From Balneolaceae bacterium (GTDB lineage Bacteria; Bacteroidota; Rhodothermia; Balneolales; Balneolaceae): a stretch of 64,000 bases of DNA. The stretch covers positions 54,616 through 118,615 of the forward strand of contig DASVCW010000045.1 of assembly GCA_036381435.1 (NCBI GenBank), read 5' to 3'. How positions within the stretch are numbered: position 1 is the first letter of the stretch; every line of letters starts with the position of its first letter. Both the position numbers and the translations under genes were made by a program. The notes beneath the pieces are model-generated. The model was given only the letters and a program-made list of their open reading frames with translations. It had not been told where the DNA came from and ran no database searches. This document shows positions 18,818 through 28,893 of this stretch, in pieces.

Positions 18818-18834
18818 TGTGAATATATTTCACA
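18818..18834. promoter_or_regulatory. candidate activator-binding site (TGT-N11-ACA)
   Basis: TGTGAA-TATAT-TTCACA between the divergent sigma-54 promoters; weaker partner site at 18854..18870. Confidence 0.45.
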
Positions 18835-18980
18835 TAAAAGATTTAAAGCTTTGTGTAATTATGTTTCATGATATGCAAAGTTCTATTTGAATTTGAATAT
18901 CTGCTGTCACCGTTTTTTTTTAGCCATGCCATATGCAAAAATTAAGCAATCTGAATCATTTTTAAGAGATTTTAAAAGGT

Positions 18981-18998
18981 TTGGCATAGCTATTGTAC
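18981..18998 (+). promoter_or_regulatory. sigma-54 -24/-12 promoter for the wzc-wzy-wzx operon
   Basis: TTGGCATAGCTATTGTAC, 50 bp before the start at 19048. Confidence 0.7.
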
Positions 18999-19047
18999 TA
19001 CTAATCTTTCAAAAACAGACTATTAATCCTGAATCAATCCTACACAC

Positions 19048-20379
19048 GTGTTTACAATTCAAGAAGTGATCCAGAAAATAAAGGCGGTGATAAAACGTCG
19101 AAAAAAGCTGCTAATACTTATCCCAGTCTTTTTTCTGTTCCTTAGTATTGCCGCACTCCAGGTAATTGAGCCAACCTATGAATCATCAATCACTATTTTA
19201 GTAGAGCAGGATGAAATGCCCATACTTGATATATATAATGTGAATGGCGGTTACAGGCCTCCCAACAGGCTGGAACAGTTCGGCAAGATTATTTATAGCC
19301 GTTCTGCAATGGAAATGCTGATCGACAGTCTTCATTTGGGTGACAGTATTCAAACCATAGCGCAAAAACAAGGTCTTATTGCCGGTTTAAAAAACAGTAT
19401 TACTACCAGCTCCGAAGACGGAAGTTCATTTGAAATAGCATTTTCAAGTGGCGATCCGGTTCGGGCACGAGACGGCGCTGCTTTGCTGGCTCAATTTTAT
19501 ATTAATACACGGTCTCGTTTCGAGAGCAAAGAGAAAAACGAGACGGTTGAATTTCTTGAAAACAAGCTGGCCGAAATTGAAACAATTGTTGAGCAGAGGA
19601 GAGAAGAAATTGTGAGTTCTACAGCTCAGCAAATACAAGAGGTAGCGGTTAATCCGGAGGTGATGCAAAACCGCCTCGAAACAATAAGTACACGTATTCA
19701 GGAGGTTGACCTGTCAATTTATCAAACCGAGACGAAGGTTAATATTCTGGAGGAATTTCTTAATCAGCCGGAAGATAGTTTTTCCATGCTTCCGCTATAC
19801 CGGTTATCACTTGAGGAAATTCCCAATGGGGAACCTTTAACCGACTTATTAAGTAGATATGATACTTTAAGTCAACAGTACACAGAGAATTTTCCGGGCC
19901 TCCAAAATACGAGAGAGCAGATCATTGAGGTTGCCGCCCGTATTAAACCGGCCATTGAATCGAATTTGTCAATTTTAAGAAGGCAAAGGCAAGAGCTTAA
20001 TGCCGAGCGCCAGAGAATCATTCAGAATTTGGAACAATCTTATGTTGCTTCGCAGCGAAGTACCGGCGATCAATCTAGATTCAGCATCTATCAGGAGCTT
20101 TATGATGCTATAAAGAAAAAGCTTGAACAAGCACGTATAAATCGTGAGATGGGCAATAAAACATCAGATCAATTTATTGTCTTAGACCCCCCCGTTATAT
20201 CAGAAACTCCAACTTCACCCAATAAACCATTGGTGATTGGTGCCGGACTCGGGCTGGGGCTGATTATAAGTTGCCTGATGGTAGGCTTTGCTGAAGTAAT
20301 GGATACTACTATTCGTAGCGAGGAAGATCTTAAACTCAACAAACCTATAATTGCATATCTTAAAGATGGAAGAGAATAA
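19048..20379 (+). CDS. polysaccharide co-polymerase (Wzz/GumC/Wzc periplasmic part)
   Basis: N-terminal TM followed by 'PTYESSITILV', long coiled coil, 'VLDPPVISETPTSPNKPLVIGAGLGLGL' second TM. Confidence 0.9.
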   Translation: MFTIQEVIQKIKAVIKRRKKLLILIPVFFLFLSIAALQVIEPTYESSITILVEQDEMPILDIYNVNGGYRPPNRLEQFGKIIYSRSAMEMLIDSLHLGDSIQTIAQKQGLIAGLKNSITTSSEDGSSFEIAFSSGDPVRARDGAALLAQFYINTRSRFESKEKNETVEFLENKLAEIETIVEQRREEIVSSTAQQIQEVAVNPEVMQNRLETISTRIQEVDLSIYQTETKVNILEEFLNQPEDSFSMLPLYRLSLEEIPNGEPLTDLLSRYDTLSQQYTENFPGLQNTREQIIEVAARIKPAIESNLSILRRQRQELNAERQRIIQNLEQSYVASQRSTGDQSRFSIYQELYDAIKKKLEQARINREMGNKTSDQFIVLDPPVISETPTSPNKPLVIGAGLGLGLIISCLMVGFAEVMDTTIRSEEDLKLNKPIIAYLKDGRE

Positions 20380-21109
20380 TTCGAAGATTGTTTTATCGAA
20401 AAAGGAAAAAATGGAAGTTCATGAAGAGTCTCCGATTATAGAGGGTTCTTCGTTCTTTGATACATCACTGGTTCCTATGACTATTTCGGAGGATCAAACC
20501 GATTTTGTTGATCCCGATATAGTGAACCGGAAGTATTATAACAACTTCAATTTTTCTAAACTTACCACCAAATACGGCAATGTAAACTTAGCTTTGGGCA
20601 TTACCAGTGCGAATCCGAAAGAAGGAAAAACGCTGGTAGCAAGCAATATGGCCGTTTCTTTGGCCCGGGCATACCGGCAGAGAACAATACTGGTGGATCT
20701 AAATTTTCAAAATCCGCAGCTACACAAAATATTCGGCACCAGGTTAAGGCCGGGACTAATTGAAGCGATGCAAACACGTGCCTTACAGGTTTCTCCCACT
20801 TTGATTGATGATCTGTATTTGCTCGCCGCGGGTGATAATTCCCGTTATTCACCGGATATAAAAGACACTATTGCATTACGGGAAATTTTCTTCACCCTTA
20901 AAAATGAATTTGATTTCGTGGTTGTAGATATGGGTTCCATTTTTCCTATAGAAGACTTCCCCGTGCACTTTTTTAATGAAGTTGACGGTTTGATAACGGT
21001 GATAGATGCCCAGAATACCAAAGAAGAACATCTAAAAAATATGTACAAGCATATTGATGAAAAGCATTTTATCGGCTACATCTTTAATCGTTTTGAAGGT
21101 ATCGAATGA
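20351..21109 (+). CDS. CpsD/CapB-type bacterial tyrosine (BY) kinase
   Basis: Walker A 'TSANPKEGKT', A' 'ILVDLN', B 'VVVDMG'; no C-terminal Tyr cluster. Confidence 0.85.
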   Translation: MHILKMEENNSKIVLSKKEKMEVHEESPIIEGSSFFDTSLVPMTISEDQTDFVDPDIVNRKYYNNFNFSKLTTKYGNVNLALGITSANPKEGKTLVASNMAVSLARAYRQRTILVDLNFQNPQLHKIFGTRLRPGLIEAMQTRALQVSPTLIDDLYLLAAGDNSRYSPDIKDTIALREIFFTLKNEFDFVVVDMGSIFPIEDFPVHFFNEVDGLITVIDAQNTKEEHLKNMYKHIDEKHFIGYIFNRFEGIE

Positions 21110-21270
21110 TAATTCTGTTCGGCATAATCTTTTTTCACATGCTTGTAATTATCTGCAGTAGAATCAGCGGTAAAAAAGGGGTGCCGTATATTCCTACAAC
21201 GGTAATAACGGTAGTGCTGGTTCTGTTTGTGGTTTTTATGATGTATACGATGGAAAAACCACAACCCTGA
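21106..21270 (+). CDS. small two-TM membrane protein (54 aa), absent from the ORF track
   Basis: ATGA overlap with the kinase stop; MIILFGIIFFHMLVIICSRISGKKGVPYIPTTVITVVLVLFVVFMMYTMEKPQP. Confidence 0.7.
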   Translation: MIILFGIIFFHMLVIICSRISGKKGVPYIPTTVITVVLVLFVVFMMYTMEKPQP

Positions 21271-21305
21271 TCTTTCGGGTAAAATAAAACGGGTAAAAGA
21301 AAAGT

Positions 21306-22871
21306 ATGAGTACGGCTGATTCTAATATTGAAAATAAATTTTACCACAATTTGCTTTTGCGTCCCTTAGGGCTGAATTCGCAAAATTCGTCTGTTTTGTG
21401 GCTTTTGCTTCTTTTAGGCGCAATCACTTTTGGTGGATTGTGGTATTTCGACGGCAGTATTATAGCTGTTGTGGGTATTTTTTATTTTCTCGGCATTGTT
21501 GTTTTAAGTTTCGTTCGTCCCGATTACAGTTTATACATTCTGCTGTTCAGCGTTCTTATTTTTGATCAGTTTGCCATTCCCAACTTTCCCGCCTTTACCA
21601 CCCGCGTAGATTACTTCAAAAACATAAAGGAGATCTCATACATCCCCCAAATTAACGCCGGTGTGGCAAACATCATAGAAGTGCACTTGATGTTTATCAT
21701 TATGGGTACGTTCCTTTTGCTAGGGGTTAAAAAAGACTTTAAGCTGAGGCCGATAACTGTATGGCAACCTTTTCTTTTATTCGCAGCTTGTTTTTTATTC
21801 TCTGTTCTGTATGGAGTCGTAAACGGAGGTGATTTTTTAATTTCACTCTGGGAGACGAGAGCTATATTCTATCTTTTCATCATTTACCTTCTTATACCCC
21901 AGCTTGTGCAAACCAAGAAACAGATCTGGGTTCTGTTTTGGGTTTTTATCACCGCTATTTCTTTTAAGGCATTTCAGGGTATTAAGCGATTTATCAGTCT
22001 GGGATTTACTACCGGCGGACATGATACCTTAACCACGCATCCCGACCCTATTTTTATGATTACGTTGTTCATTTTAATGCTGGGTTTTTTCATTTACAAG
22101 GCCAGGGATAGTCAGTTTTTAATGCTGATCTTATTGTTTTTGCCTCTTGCACTGGGTTTTTATGTAGCGCAGCGCCGGGCTGCTTATGCTTCGGCAATGG
22201 TTTCGTTTGCCACGTTCATTGTTTTACTGCCCGTCGCTTTACGGACGAAATTTCTGAAAATGCTTATCCCGGTTTTTATAGGTCTTGTCTGCTATACAGC
22301 GCTTTTCTGGAATAGTGAAAGTGCTTTGGGCCGGCCCATTGAAATGATCAAATCAGGATTTATAGAGCCTACCAAGCAAGAGAATATCCAAAATTATTAT
22401 TCCAACTTATACCGAGATCAGGAACGCTATAATTTAGCCCGGACAATAGTAGATAAGCCTCTGTTGGGCACTGGCTTTGGAGTGAAGTATGATATGCCCA
22501 TTGAACTGCCGCAAATAAATTTTACTCTTTACGAATATATTCCCCACAACGAGATTATATGGATTATGGTGAAAATGGGAATTATAGGTTTTTTTGCCTT
22601 CTGGTTCTTTTTTAATGCATTCGTAGCAAAAGGGGTGAAGGTGTTAGATAAACTAAGCGACCCATATCTGAAAGCAGTTACTATGGTAGTAATAATTGCG
22701 GTGATCAGCCAAATGGTAGTTTCGTTTTATGACCTGCAGCTTACTTATTATCGGAATATGATTTATCTCGGGGCCCTGATGGGTTTGATGAGTACCCTTA
22801 ACCGGTTAGCAGATGAGGAAAACACGGAAAGTAAAGAGCTGGTGACCACACAGCCGGAGGGTTATTCATGA
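21306..22871 (+). CDS. wzy: O-antigen ligase/polymerase family (Wzy) membrane protein
   Basis: Multi-pass protein; 'QRRAAY', 'GTGFG', 'PHNEIIWIMVKMGIIG' Wzy_C-like motifs; lies next to the flippase. Confidence 0.8.
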   Translation: MSTADSNIENKFYHNLLLRPLGLNSQNSSVLWLLLLLGAITFGGLWYFDGSIIAVVGIFYFLGIVVLSFVRPDYSLYILLFSVLIFDQFAIPNFPAFTTRVDYFKNIKEISYIPQINAGVANIIEVHLMFIIMGTFLLLGVKKDFKLRPITVWQPFLLFAACFLFSVLYGVVNGGDFLISLWETRAIFYLFIIYLLIPQLVQTKKQIWVLFWVFITAISFKAFQGIKRFISLGFTTGGHDTLTTHPDPIFMITLFILMLGFFIYKARDSQFLMLILLFLPLALGFYVAQRRAAYASAMVSFATFIVLLPVALRTKFLKMLIPVFIGLVCYTALFWNSESALGRPIEMIKSGFIEPTKQENIQNYYSNLYRDQERYNLARTIVDKPLLGTGFGVKYDMPIELPQINFTLYEYIPHNEIIWIMVKMGIIGFFAFWFFFNAFVAKGVKVLDKLSDPYLKAVTMVVIIAVISQMVVSFYDLQLTYYRNMIYLGALMGLMSTLNRLADEENTESKELVTTQPEGYS

Positions 22872-24367
22872 AATCAGACGTAAGTGAATCAATAGCGAGA
22901 AATTTTTCTATTATGTTTGTCGCCCAGATGATAAACTGGGTGGCCAGCTTTGTTTTGCTCATGTTTTTGCCGCGCTATCTGGGGAGTGAGGATTACGGGC
23001 GCCTGTATCTGGCTTTATCCATAAAAATGATGCTGGGGCTGTTGATTGATTTCGGCGGCAGTTTTCTGATTCCCAAAGAAGTAGCCCGGTCCGAGAAAAA
23101 CGGTTCAAAGATTTTAAGCAGTTATATCATTCTTCGAATCTTTCTCTGGATTCTTTCCATCGGAGTCATCATGTTGCTTTCTAACCTTTTGGGTTATTCA
23201 GAGCATGTGTATTTGCTCATTCTGATATTGGCAATCGGTAAATTATGGGAGGGAGGATCCGGGGCCATTAAATCTTATTTTCAGGGTATAGAGCGTACCG
23301 AATATCCATCTATTGGACGTGTAGTGGAGCGATTGTTTGTTGCCGGTTTTTCGGTTTTAGCATTGCTTTTAGGCGCAGATTCGATTGAAATTGCTATCAT
23401 CATCACCGTTGGCGCTTTCATTAATTTACTGATAATCATCTGGTTCTCCCGCGATTTTGTCAGTATGAAATACCGGTTTGATTCCAAAGTATTCAAACTG
23501 CTTGGTTCGGGGCTTCCCTACTTTTTGTTTTCCCTGTTTTCAGTGATTTATTACCGGGTTGATGCGATGATGTTGGCGTCGATGACATCTACACAGGTCA
23601 CGGGTTGGTATGGGGGTGCTTATCGTTTCTTTGATGCGATAATGATTCTGCCCATCATTTATAAATCAGCTATTTTCCCCATTTTTTCAAAACTGTGGGA
23701 CGATAAAGATGGAGTTTTAGAACTCACAATTGGCAAAAGTTTAAAGCTGATGCTGATTTTGGCTGTTCCGGTGGCGATTGCTATCTTCCTGTTTTCTGAA
23801 AACATTATCAATTTTTTCATGGGACTTGAGGAGTATGGACCTTCCGTTGCTGTGCTGCAAATTTTTGCCATCAGCATCCCCGTAATCTATGTGGATTTTA
23901 TTCTGGGCAGCGCGATTATGGGAGCGGCAAACCTGCAAAAGTCATGGGCAGTAGTAGGTCTTGTCGCCATCTTTCTAAACATAGGAGCCAATTATTTTAT
24001 GATTCCCTATACCCAGGCGCTATACGCAAACGGTGGTATTGGCGCTGCCGTAGCTACTTTTATCACTGAAATATTCATCATGCTGTCTGCCGTTTTCTTG
24101 CTGCCGAAAAGTTATTTTCAGCGCTTTAAAGCTTCATACGTTTTTAAGCCTCTGAGTGCCGGCATAGCAATGGCCGCTTTTTGCTGGCTGATGTTGAGCT
24201 CCGGCTTGTATTGGATTATATCAGTGATTCTGGGAGTAGGTGTTTATCTTGCTGCTTTAGTGGCAGTTAAGGCATTTAATTCAAAAGAAATTGAAATGGT
24301 AAAAAGTTCAGTTTCATTCAGCCAAATAAAGAAAAGTATGTTTAGCAGTAACAATATCAACGCTTGA
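22868..24367 (+). CDS. wzx: Wzx flippase (MOP superfamily)
   Basis: About 14 TM; 'PRYLGSEDYG', 'YRVDAMML', 'GWYGGAYR', 'GIGAAVAT'. Confidence 0.9.
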   Translation: MKSDVSESIARNFSIMFVAQMINWVASFVLLMFLPRYLGSEDYGRLYLALSIKMMLGLLIDFGGSFLIPKEVARSEKNGSKILSSYIILRIFLWILSIGVIMLLSNLLGYSEHVYLLILILAIGKLWEGGSGAIKSYFQGIERTEYPSIGRVVERLFVAGFSVLALLLGADSIEIAIIITVGAFINLLIIIWFSRDFVSMKYRFDSKVFKLLGSGLPYFLFSLFSVIYYRVDAMMLASMTSTQVTGWYGGAYRFFDAIMILPIIYKSAIFPIFSKLWDDKDGVLELTIGKSLKLMLILAVPVAIAIFLFSENIINFFMGLEEYGPSVAVLQIFAISIPVIYVDFILGSAIMGAANLQKSWAVVGLVAIFLNIGANYFMIPYTQALYANGGIGAAVATFITEIFIMLSAVFLLPKSYFQRFKASYVFKPLSAGIAMAAFCWLMLSSGLYWIISVILGVGVYLAALVAVKAFNSKEIEMVKSSVSFSQIKKSMFSSNNINA

Positions 24368-24398
24368 AGTATTAATACTAAAAACAAAGAGAGAGTTT

Positions 24399-25742
24399 AT
24401 GAAAATTGTAAAGTTTCAAGAAAACGTTATTAATGGCAATGATGAATCTACTTTGTCATGGGTTGAAACTAAAAAGGATGTTCAATTGATGGTTGAAGTA
24501 TTTACCACAGAAGAGAATTTTCAGGCACTGGCACCACACTGGAAAGACCTGGCAAGACGAGCGGATTCAAAGGTTTATATGTCTTATGAATGGGCCTGGA
24601 ACTGGTGGAAACGATTTGGAAGAAATAAAAAGCGCTCCTTATATCTGGTTACCATTTGGGATGGCACTAAATTAGTCGCCCTTGCGCCCTTTTATAAAGG
24701 TTATTCAAAATTAGGACCGCTTGTTATGGAAAGGCGTATGCAAATAATAGGCAGTGGCGGCAGTCCCAATGAACAAATTGGCTATACGGATGATTATGGA
24801 ATCAGTGACTTTCTCGATATTCTGGTTGATCAGGAATACCACGAAGAGGTGGCTGATTTACTGCCCGATATTTTAACGGCCGAATATCTTAATGTTGATG
24901 TTCTTACTTTTCACCAGGCTGATGATGAAAGTTTTGTGATGAAGCATCTCTATCCCAAGTTTCGTCAACTGGAGATTGACATGAGGGTAGAAAAAACCGA
25001 TACGTGTCCCTATATCGATTTAAGGGGTTACGATTCTATGAAAAGCTACATCAAGGACCAGAAATCGAACGCAAGACGCCGCATCAGGCAAACGCTTCGC
25101 GCTACTGGTCCGAATGATGAGTATGAGATTAAAGGAGCAGATACCTGGGCGGAGGTTGAAAAAGCTACTGATAAGTTAATAGAGCTTCATCAAAACCGGT
25201 GGAATGAAATCGGTTTTCCCGGAGTGTTTTATGATGAGCGTTTCATCCAGTTTTTCAAAGACATCATCAAAGATGCTTTCGAGAACGATAAACTCTGGTT
25301 TAAGCAGGCGATAGATGAACGCGGTGTTTGTGCTTCACGAATGATTCTTTTCTACAACGGCCGGTATTATGACTATATCAGCGGATTTGATGATAACCGG
25401 CCGTCTTCAAAGTATCGTCCTGGCATTGGGTTACTCGTTAGTTTGGTTCAGGAGGCCATCGAAAATGGTGTTGAAAAAATAGAGCTGCTGAGGGGAGAAG
25501 AAACCTACAAATACGATTTCACCTCTAACAATTTCAACAATTGGAAATTAACTATGCCGCTGAGGGAGCCAAACGGAAAAACCTTACTGAGCGTGAACAG
25601 ATCTGCTGCATTTTTATACAAGCACATCAACCGGGAGACAGAGTTATTAAAAGTACAGCAATCGCAGGTAGGCTTAGTCCGGATGCTGCCTGAATACCTA
25701 AAGTTTCGATGGAAGAGTGTAAAGATGAAGTTTGATTTATAG
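24399..25742 (+). CDS. GNAT (CelD/BcsL, Acetyltransf_6-like) protein 1
   Basis: 'YEWAWNWW', 'CPYIDL', 'HQNRW...G.PG.F', 'ELLRGEETYK'. Confidence 0.85.
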   Translation: MKIVKFQENVINGNDESTLSWVETKKDVQLMVEVFTTEENFQALAPHWKDLARRADSKVYMSYEWAWNWWKRFGRNKKRSLYLVTIWDGTKLVALAPFYKGYSKLGPLVMERRMQIIGSGGSPNEQIGYTDDYGISDFLDILVDQEYHEEVADLLPDILTAEYLNVDVLTFHQADDESFVMKHLYPKFRQLEIDMRVEKTDTCPYIDLRGYDSMKSYIKDQKSNARRRIRQTLRATGPNDEYEIKGADTWAEVEKATDKLIELHQNRWNEIGFPGVFYDERFIQFFKDIIKDAFENDKLWFKQAIDERGVCASRMILFYNGRYYDYISGFDDNRPSSKYRPGIGLLVSLVQEAIENGVEKIELLRGEETYKYDFTSNNFNNWKLTMPLREPNGKTLLSVNRSAAFLYKHINRETELLKVQQSQVGLVRMLPEYLKFRWKSVKMKFDL

Positions 25743-25820
25743 AACACAGATTTCGATTAGAACGCAGATTAAGCGGATCAAACTGATTAGAGTGAACTCT
25801 AATTTGAAGTTTTCAATAGC

Positions 25821-26123
25821 TTAATGTGAGTTCGATATAAGGTTATTTTTTGTCTTTGCTAGAATCCCGAAGGGATTGAACATGAATAACCCCCGAATGT
25901 GCCAAAGGCATAATTCGGGATTAAAAGATAACATAACAGGCAACCCCGAATGGGGTTGAACCCCAGGTGTGTGTTCCTTATTTAATTCAACCTGCCAGCG
26001 GATTGTTATGGTATATTTTAATCACCGGGTTTCATCCGGTGCTATTCATATTAAAGCCCATTTGGGCTTGTTTTGTACAAAATAAACAGCCAAGTCATAT
26101 CTCCTTATCTCGAACTCAGGTTA
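25821..26123. mobile_element. family B element, second copy
   Basis: ttaatgtgagttcgatataag ... cttatctcgaactcaggtta ends; cargo colinear with 9373..9657. Confidence 0.75.
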
Positions 26124-26140
26124 GCTTAATGAAAAAACCT

Positions 26141-26271
26141 ATCAGCGGAGCACTCGTCCCCCTTCAAAGGGGGCACGGGGGATGACCCACTCTCAAACAA
26201 AACCCATGAACTGAATTATTGCAAATAATTCAGCAAAAAGTCCCCCTTAGCGAAGGGGGATTAGGGGGATT
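26141..26271. repeat. family A element, rearranged (left module inverted)
   Basis: atcagcggag...cccccttcaaaggggg..., ctgaattattgcaaataattcag, cccccttagcgaaggggg. Confidence 0.7.
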
Positions 26272-26458
26272 GAAAAGCATAGAATTTCTTTCGTCATGCA
26301 CTTTATTCTATTGGCAATAGGTAGGACAACTTACCGGCACCCGGTAAAGTGGGAAAGTCTGATCAATGGGGATGAAGAGAGTAAAGCAGAAAAGCGAATT
26401 ATCACAGATATAAGAATCTGTGTCAAATCTGCTAAATCCGCTTCATCCGCGTTCCATA

Positions 26459-27649
26459 CTACTTCGTGGCATTCACCTTTTCAACGATAGGCTGTTGGTT
26501 TAGCTGCTCTTTTATACTTTGAGCAATGACAGAATAACCATAAGGGGTGGGATGATCATCATAATTAGCCGGATAGATTTTGGCTTTGCCAATTTGTTCT
26601 CTTAAGGCAGGAACAGGGCTGAGATAAGAGATTTGGTGAGCATCAAAAAACGCTTTGCTTATTTCAAGCAGCTCTCTCTCATTGGACAGTAAATTCTGGA
26701 CGGCCACATAATTGTTAACTTCAGTTGCGAAGGTTAAATATTCCGCAAAAACAAGCGCTTTTGAGGGAAGGAATACTACGTTAAATTTGATGCCATTCTG
26801 TTCACAAATTTTGTTCATTTTGTTTAACAAGTGTAAACTAATGCGCATACCCTCGCGAATTCGAATGTTATCCATATCCATTTTAATACCGCGGTGAACG
26901 GGGCGGAAGCCTTCGTTGATATTTTTTTCGGGAAGAATAAGACGGGTAAACTCTTCACTTTGAGAGGCTTTAAAAATACGTTCAACTTTTCTCTTTAAAT
27001 ATCCCAGTACCGGGCCGTGGACAGTTAACCGGTATAAAATACTGTTGTGTGAAAGGTAGGCGCGAAGATGTCCTAAAAACTGCTCATCCGGCTGAACGGG
27101 ATCGGCTTGGATATAAGAGTCAATTATATTTTCGCCGGAACGGTCAATATTATTAACCAGCGTACTATCTCTCAAATGATGCCAGTATTCTCTGTAATAA
27201 GCCATCTGGTAGGCTCCCATCAGATCATTTCCTAAATAAAAACCTACAATCACTCTTTCGGGATCTAGTTTCAGCGCTTTTGTCTTCAGCAGATAATAAT
27301 ATTGAACCGGGTTGTAGCTGCCCAGGCTTAAATTATAAACCTTCTGATCGGTAATTTGGCCAAGTACTTTAGGCCAGCTGCCTTCAGTCGTAGCATTATT
27401 GCCAAAGGTTTGCGAGTCGCCAATAGTTACGACATCGGCTGTATCGGGCACATAATAATTTCTGAAGCCCCACTTATCGTATCCCTCAACCTCTGATGAT
27501 ATCTTATGATCAAGAATGGGATCGTCAACAAGCTGCACCGTTAGATAATCGGCGGGATTCAGAAACAGGCGGCACATCCATTCACCCAAAACAAAAGCCA
27601 GCAGTAAGGAAATTGAAAGAACAAGAGTGTTAATAGTTAATTTTTTCAT
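26459..27649 (-). CDS. membrane-anchored SGNH/GDSL hydrolase (AlgX/AlgJ-like)
   Basis: N-terminal TM, 'IGDSQTFG', 'FYLGND', C-terminal 'YDDHP'. Confidence 0.8.
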   Translation of the reverse strand: MKKLTINTLVLSISLLLAFVLGEWMCRLFLNPADYLTVQLVDDPILDHKISSEVEGYDKWGFRNYYVPDTADVVTIGDSQTFGNNATTEGSWPKVLGQITDQKVYNLSLGSYNPVQYYYLLKTKALKLDPERVIVGFYLGNDLMGAYQMAYYREYWHHLRDSTLVNNIDRSGENIIDSYIQADPVQPDEQFLGHLRAYLSHNSILYRLTVHGPVLGYLKRKVERIFKASQSEEFTRLILPEKNINEGFRPVHRGIKMDMDNIRIREGMRISLHLLNKMNKICEQNGIKFNVVFLPSKALVFAEYLTFATEVNNYVAVQNLLSNERELLEISKAFFDAHQISYLSPVPALREQIGKAKIYPANYDDHPTPYGYSVIAQSIKEQLNQQPIVEKVNATK

Positions 27650-28725
27650 TTTGCTACAATATTTGTTGCTTGCATTTTATTAAATACGCTTTTGGCTATT
27701 AAGTAATAGCCCTTATCGTTGGGGTGATGGTTATAAGTAGGCGGATAAAGCTTTTTAGTATCGATTTTGCGCTGCATGAGGGGCAGGGCATCAACAAAAT
27801 CGATGTTGTGTTTCATAAAATATTTGATGCTTATTTCACGAATAATGCGCTCATTATTAAGCAAGTTATTGATGGCTTTGCTGTGGCGTAACTGGCGGTT
27901 ATTGTATAAATAATGGCAAAAAACCATCTCTTTAGTAGGAATGAAAAGTACCGTAAATTCAATGCCTTCCTGCTTGCTTCGCTCACTCATTTTTTTGAAA
28001 AGCTGTAGTGTTAAGCGCAGTCCTTCCTGAACTTTTTTGTTGCTGATTTCTGTCGCAACAGCAGTAGGAACGGGACGAAAAACTTCACTTATATTTTTTC
28101 CCGGCAGTACCAAGCTGGTATACATCTTGCTTTCTGAATGGTCTTCAGGTGCAAAATCGAGTCCTGAAGTTGCAGGATTATGAAATGCTAACCGGTATAA
28201 AATACTGTTTCCGGTCATCCAGTCGTGAAATTTGTTAAGCAAAGCACCGGCAGGCGTTTTAAAAACATTTGCTGTTAAATAGGTAAGCGTGTCACTCTTT
28301 GCATCCGCCAGCCAGGATGAAAATTCGGTATTCCTTAATTTTTCCCACGCCTGATGATTGTAAACCCTATCGAAAGTATCGAGGGGATCGTTACCGACGT
28401 AATAACCAACAATTATCTGATCGGGATTAAGTTCAAGAGCTTTGGTTTTGAAAAGGTGAAAATATTGAGCCGGCCCGTAACCGCTTAAAGAAAGATTATA
28501 GACCGATTTGTTACTCATATTCTGAAGCTGGGCGGGCCAGCTGCTTCCTATAGACGCGTTGATTCCAAATGTTTGGGAATCACCGATAGCAACGATATCG
28601 GCAGAATCGGGCACAAAACCATTGTCCACAGGATTCAAAATTATTCGAGACATGGTTTCCCCCAAAAACAAAGCTAATAAAATTGAAACAGCCAATAAGC
28701 TCCCGTTGATGAATTTTGATTTCAT
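27646..28725 (-). CDS. membrane-anchored SGNH/GDSL hydrolase, paralog
   Basis: N-terminal TM, 'IGDSQTFG', 'YYVGND', C-terminal 'YNHHP'. Confidence 0.8.
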   Translation of the reverse strand: MKSKFINGSLLAVSILLALFLGETMSRIILNPVDNGFVPDSADIVAIGDSQTFGINASIGSSWPAQLQNMSNKSVYNLSLSGYGPAQYFHLFKTKALELNPDQIIVGYYVGNDPLDTFDRVYNHQAWEKLRNTEFSSWLADAKSDTLTYLTANVFKTPAGALLNKFHDWMTGNSILYRLAFHNPATSGLDFAPEDHSESKMYTSLVLPGKNISEVFRPVPTAVATEISNKKVQEGLRLTLQLFKKMSERSKQEGIEFTVLFIPTKEMVFCHYLYNNRQLRHSKAINNLLNNERIIREISIKYFMKHNIDFVDALPLMQRKIDTKKLYPPTYNHHPNDKGYYLIAKSVFNKMQATNIVAK

Positions 28726-28770
28726 AATGATCTATTAAAGGTTAGAGCCCTTGAAAAATCTTATTGTGTT

Positions 28771-28872
28771 CATGCTGTCCGAAAGCTTTAGGATCAGCAT
28801 CTTCTCCCTTTTTTATAAAGCTATTGTACATATTGCAGATCCTGATCCTCCAATTGACAAATCAGGATGACA
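28771..28872. repeat. REP-like hairpin pair (gtcatcctga type)
   Basis: catgctgtcc...ggatcagcat and gatcctga...tcaggatgac. Confidence 0.45.
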
Positions 28873-28893
28873 AAGTTTTTCGCAGGCTTTTAG

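Noticed and set aside
18818-18834. Canonical CRP box
   Set aside because: Spacing is TGTGA-N7-TCACA, one base longer than CRP's N6; it fits the TGT-N11-ACA set better.
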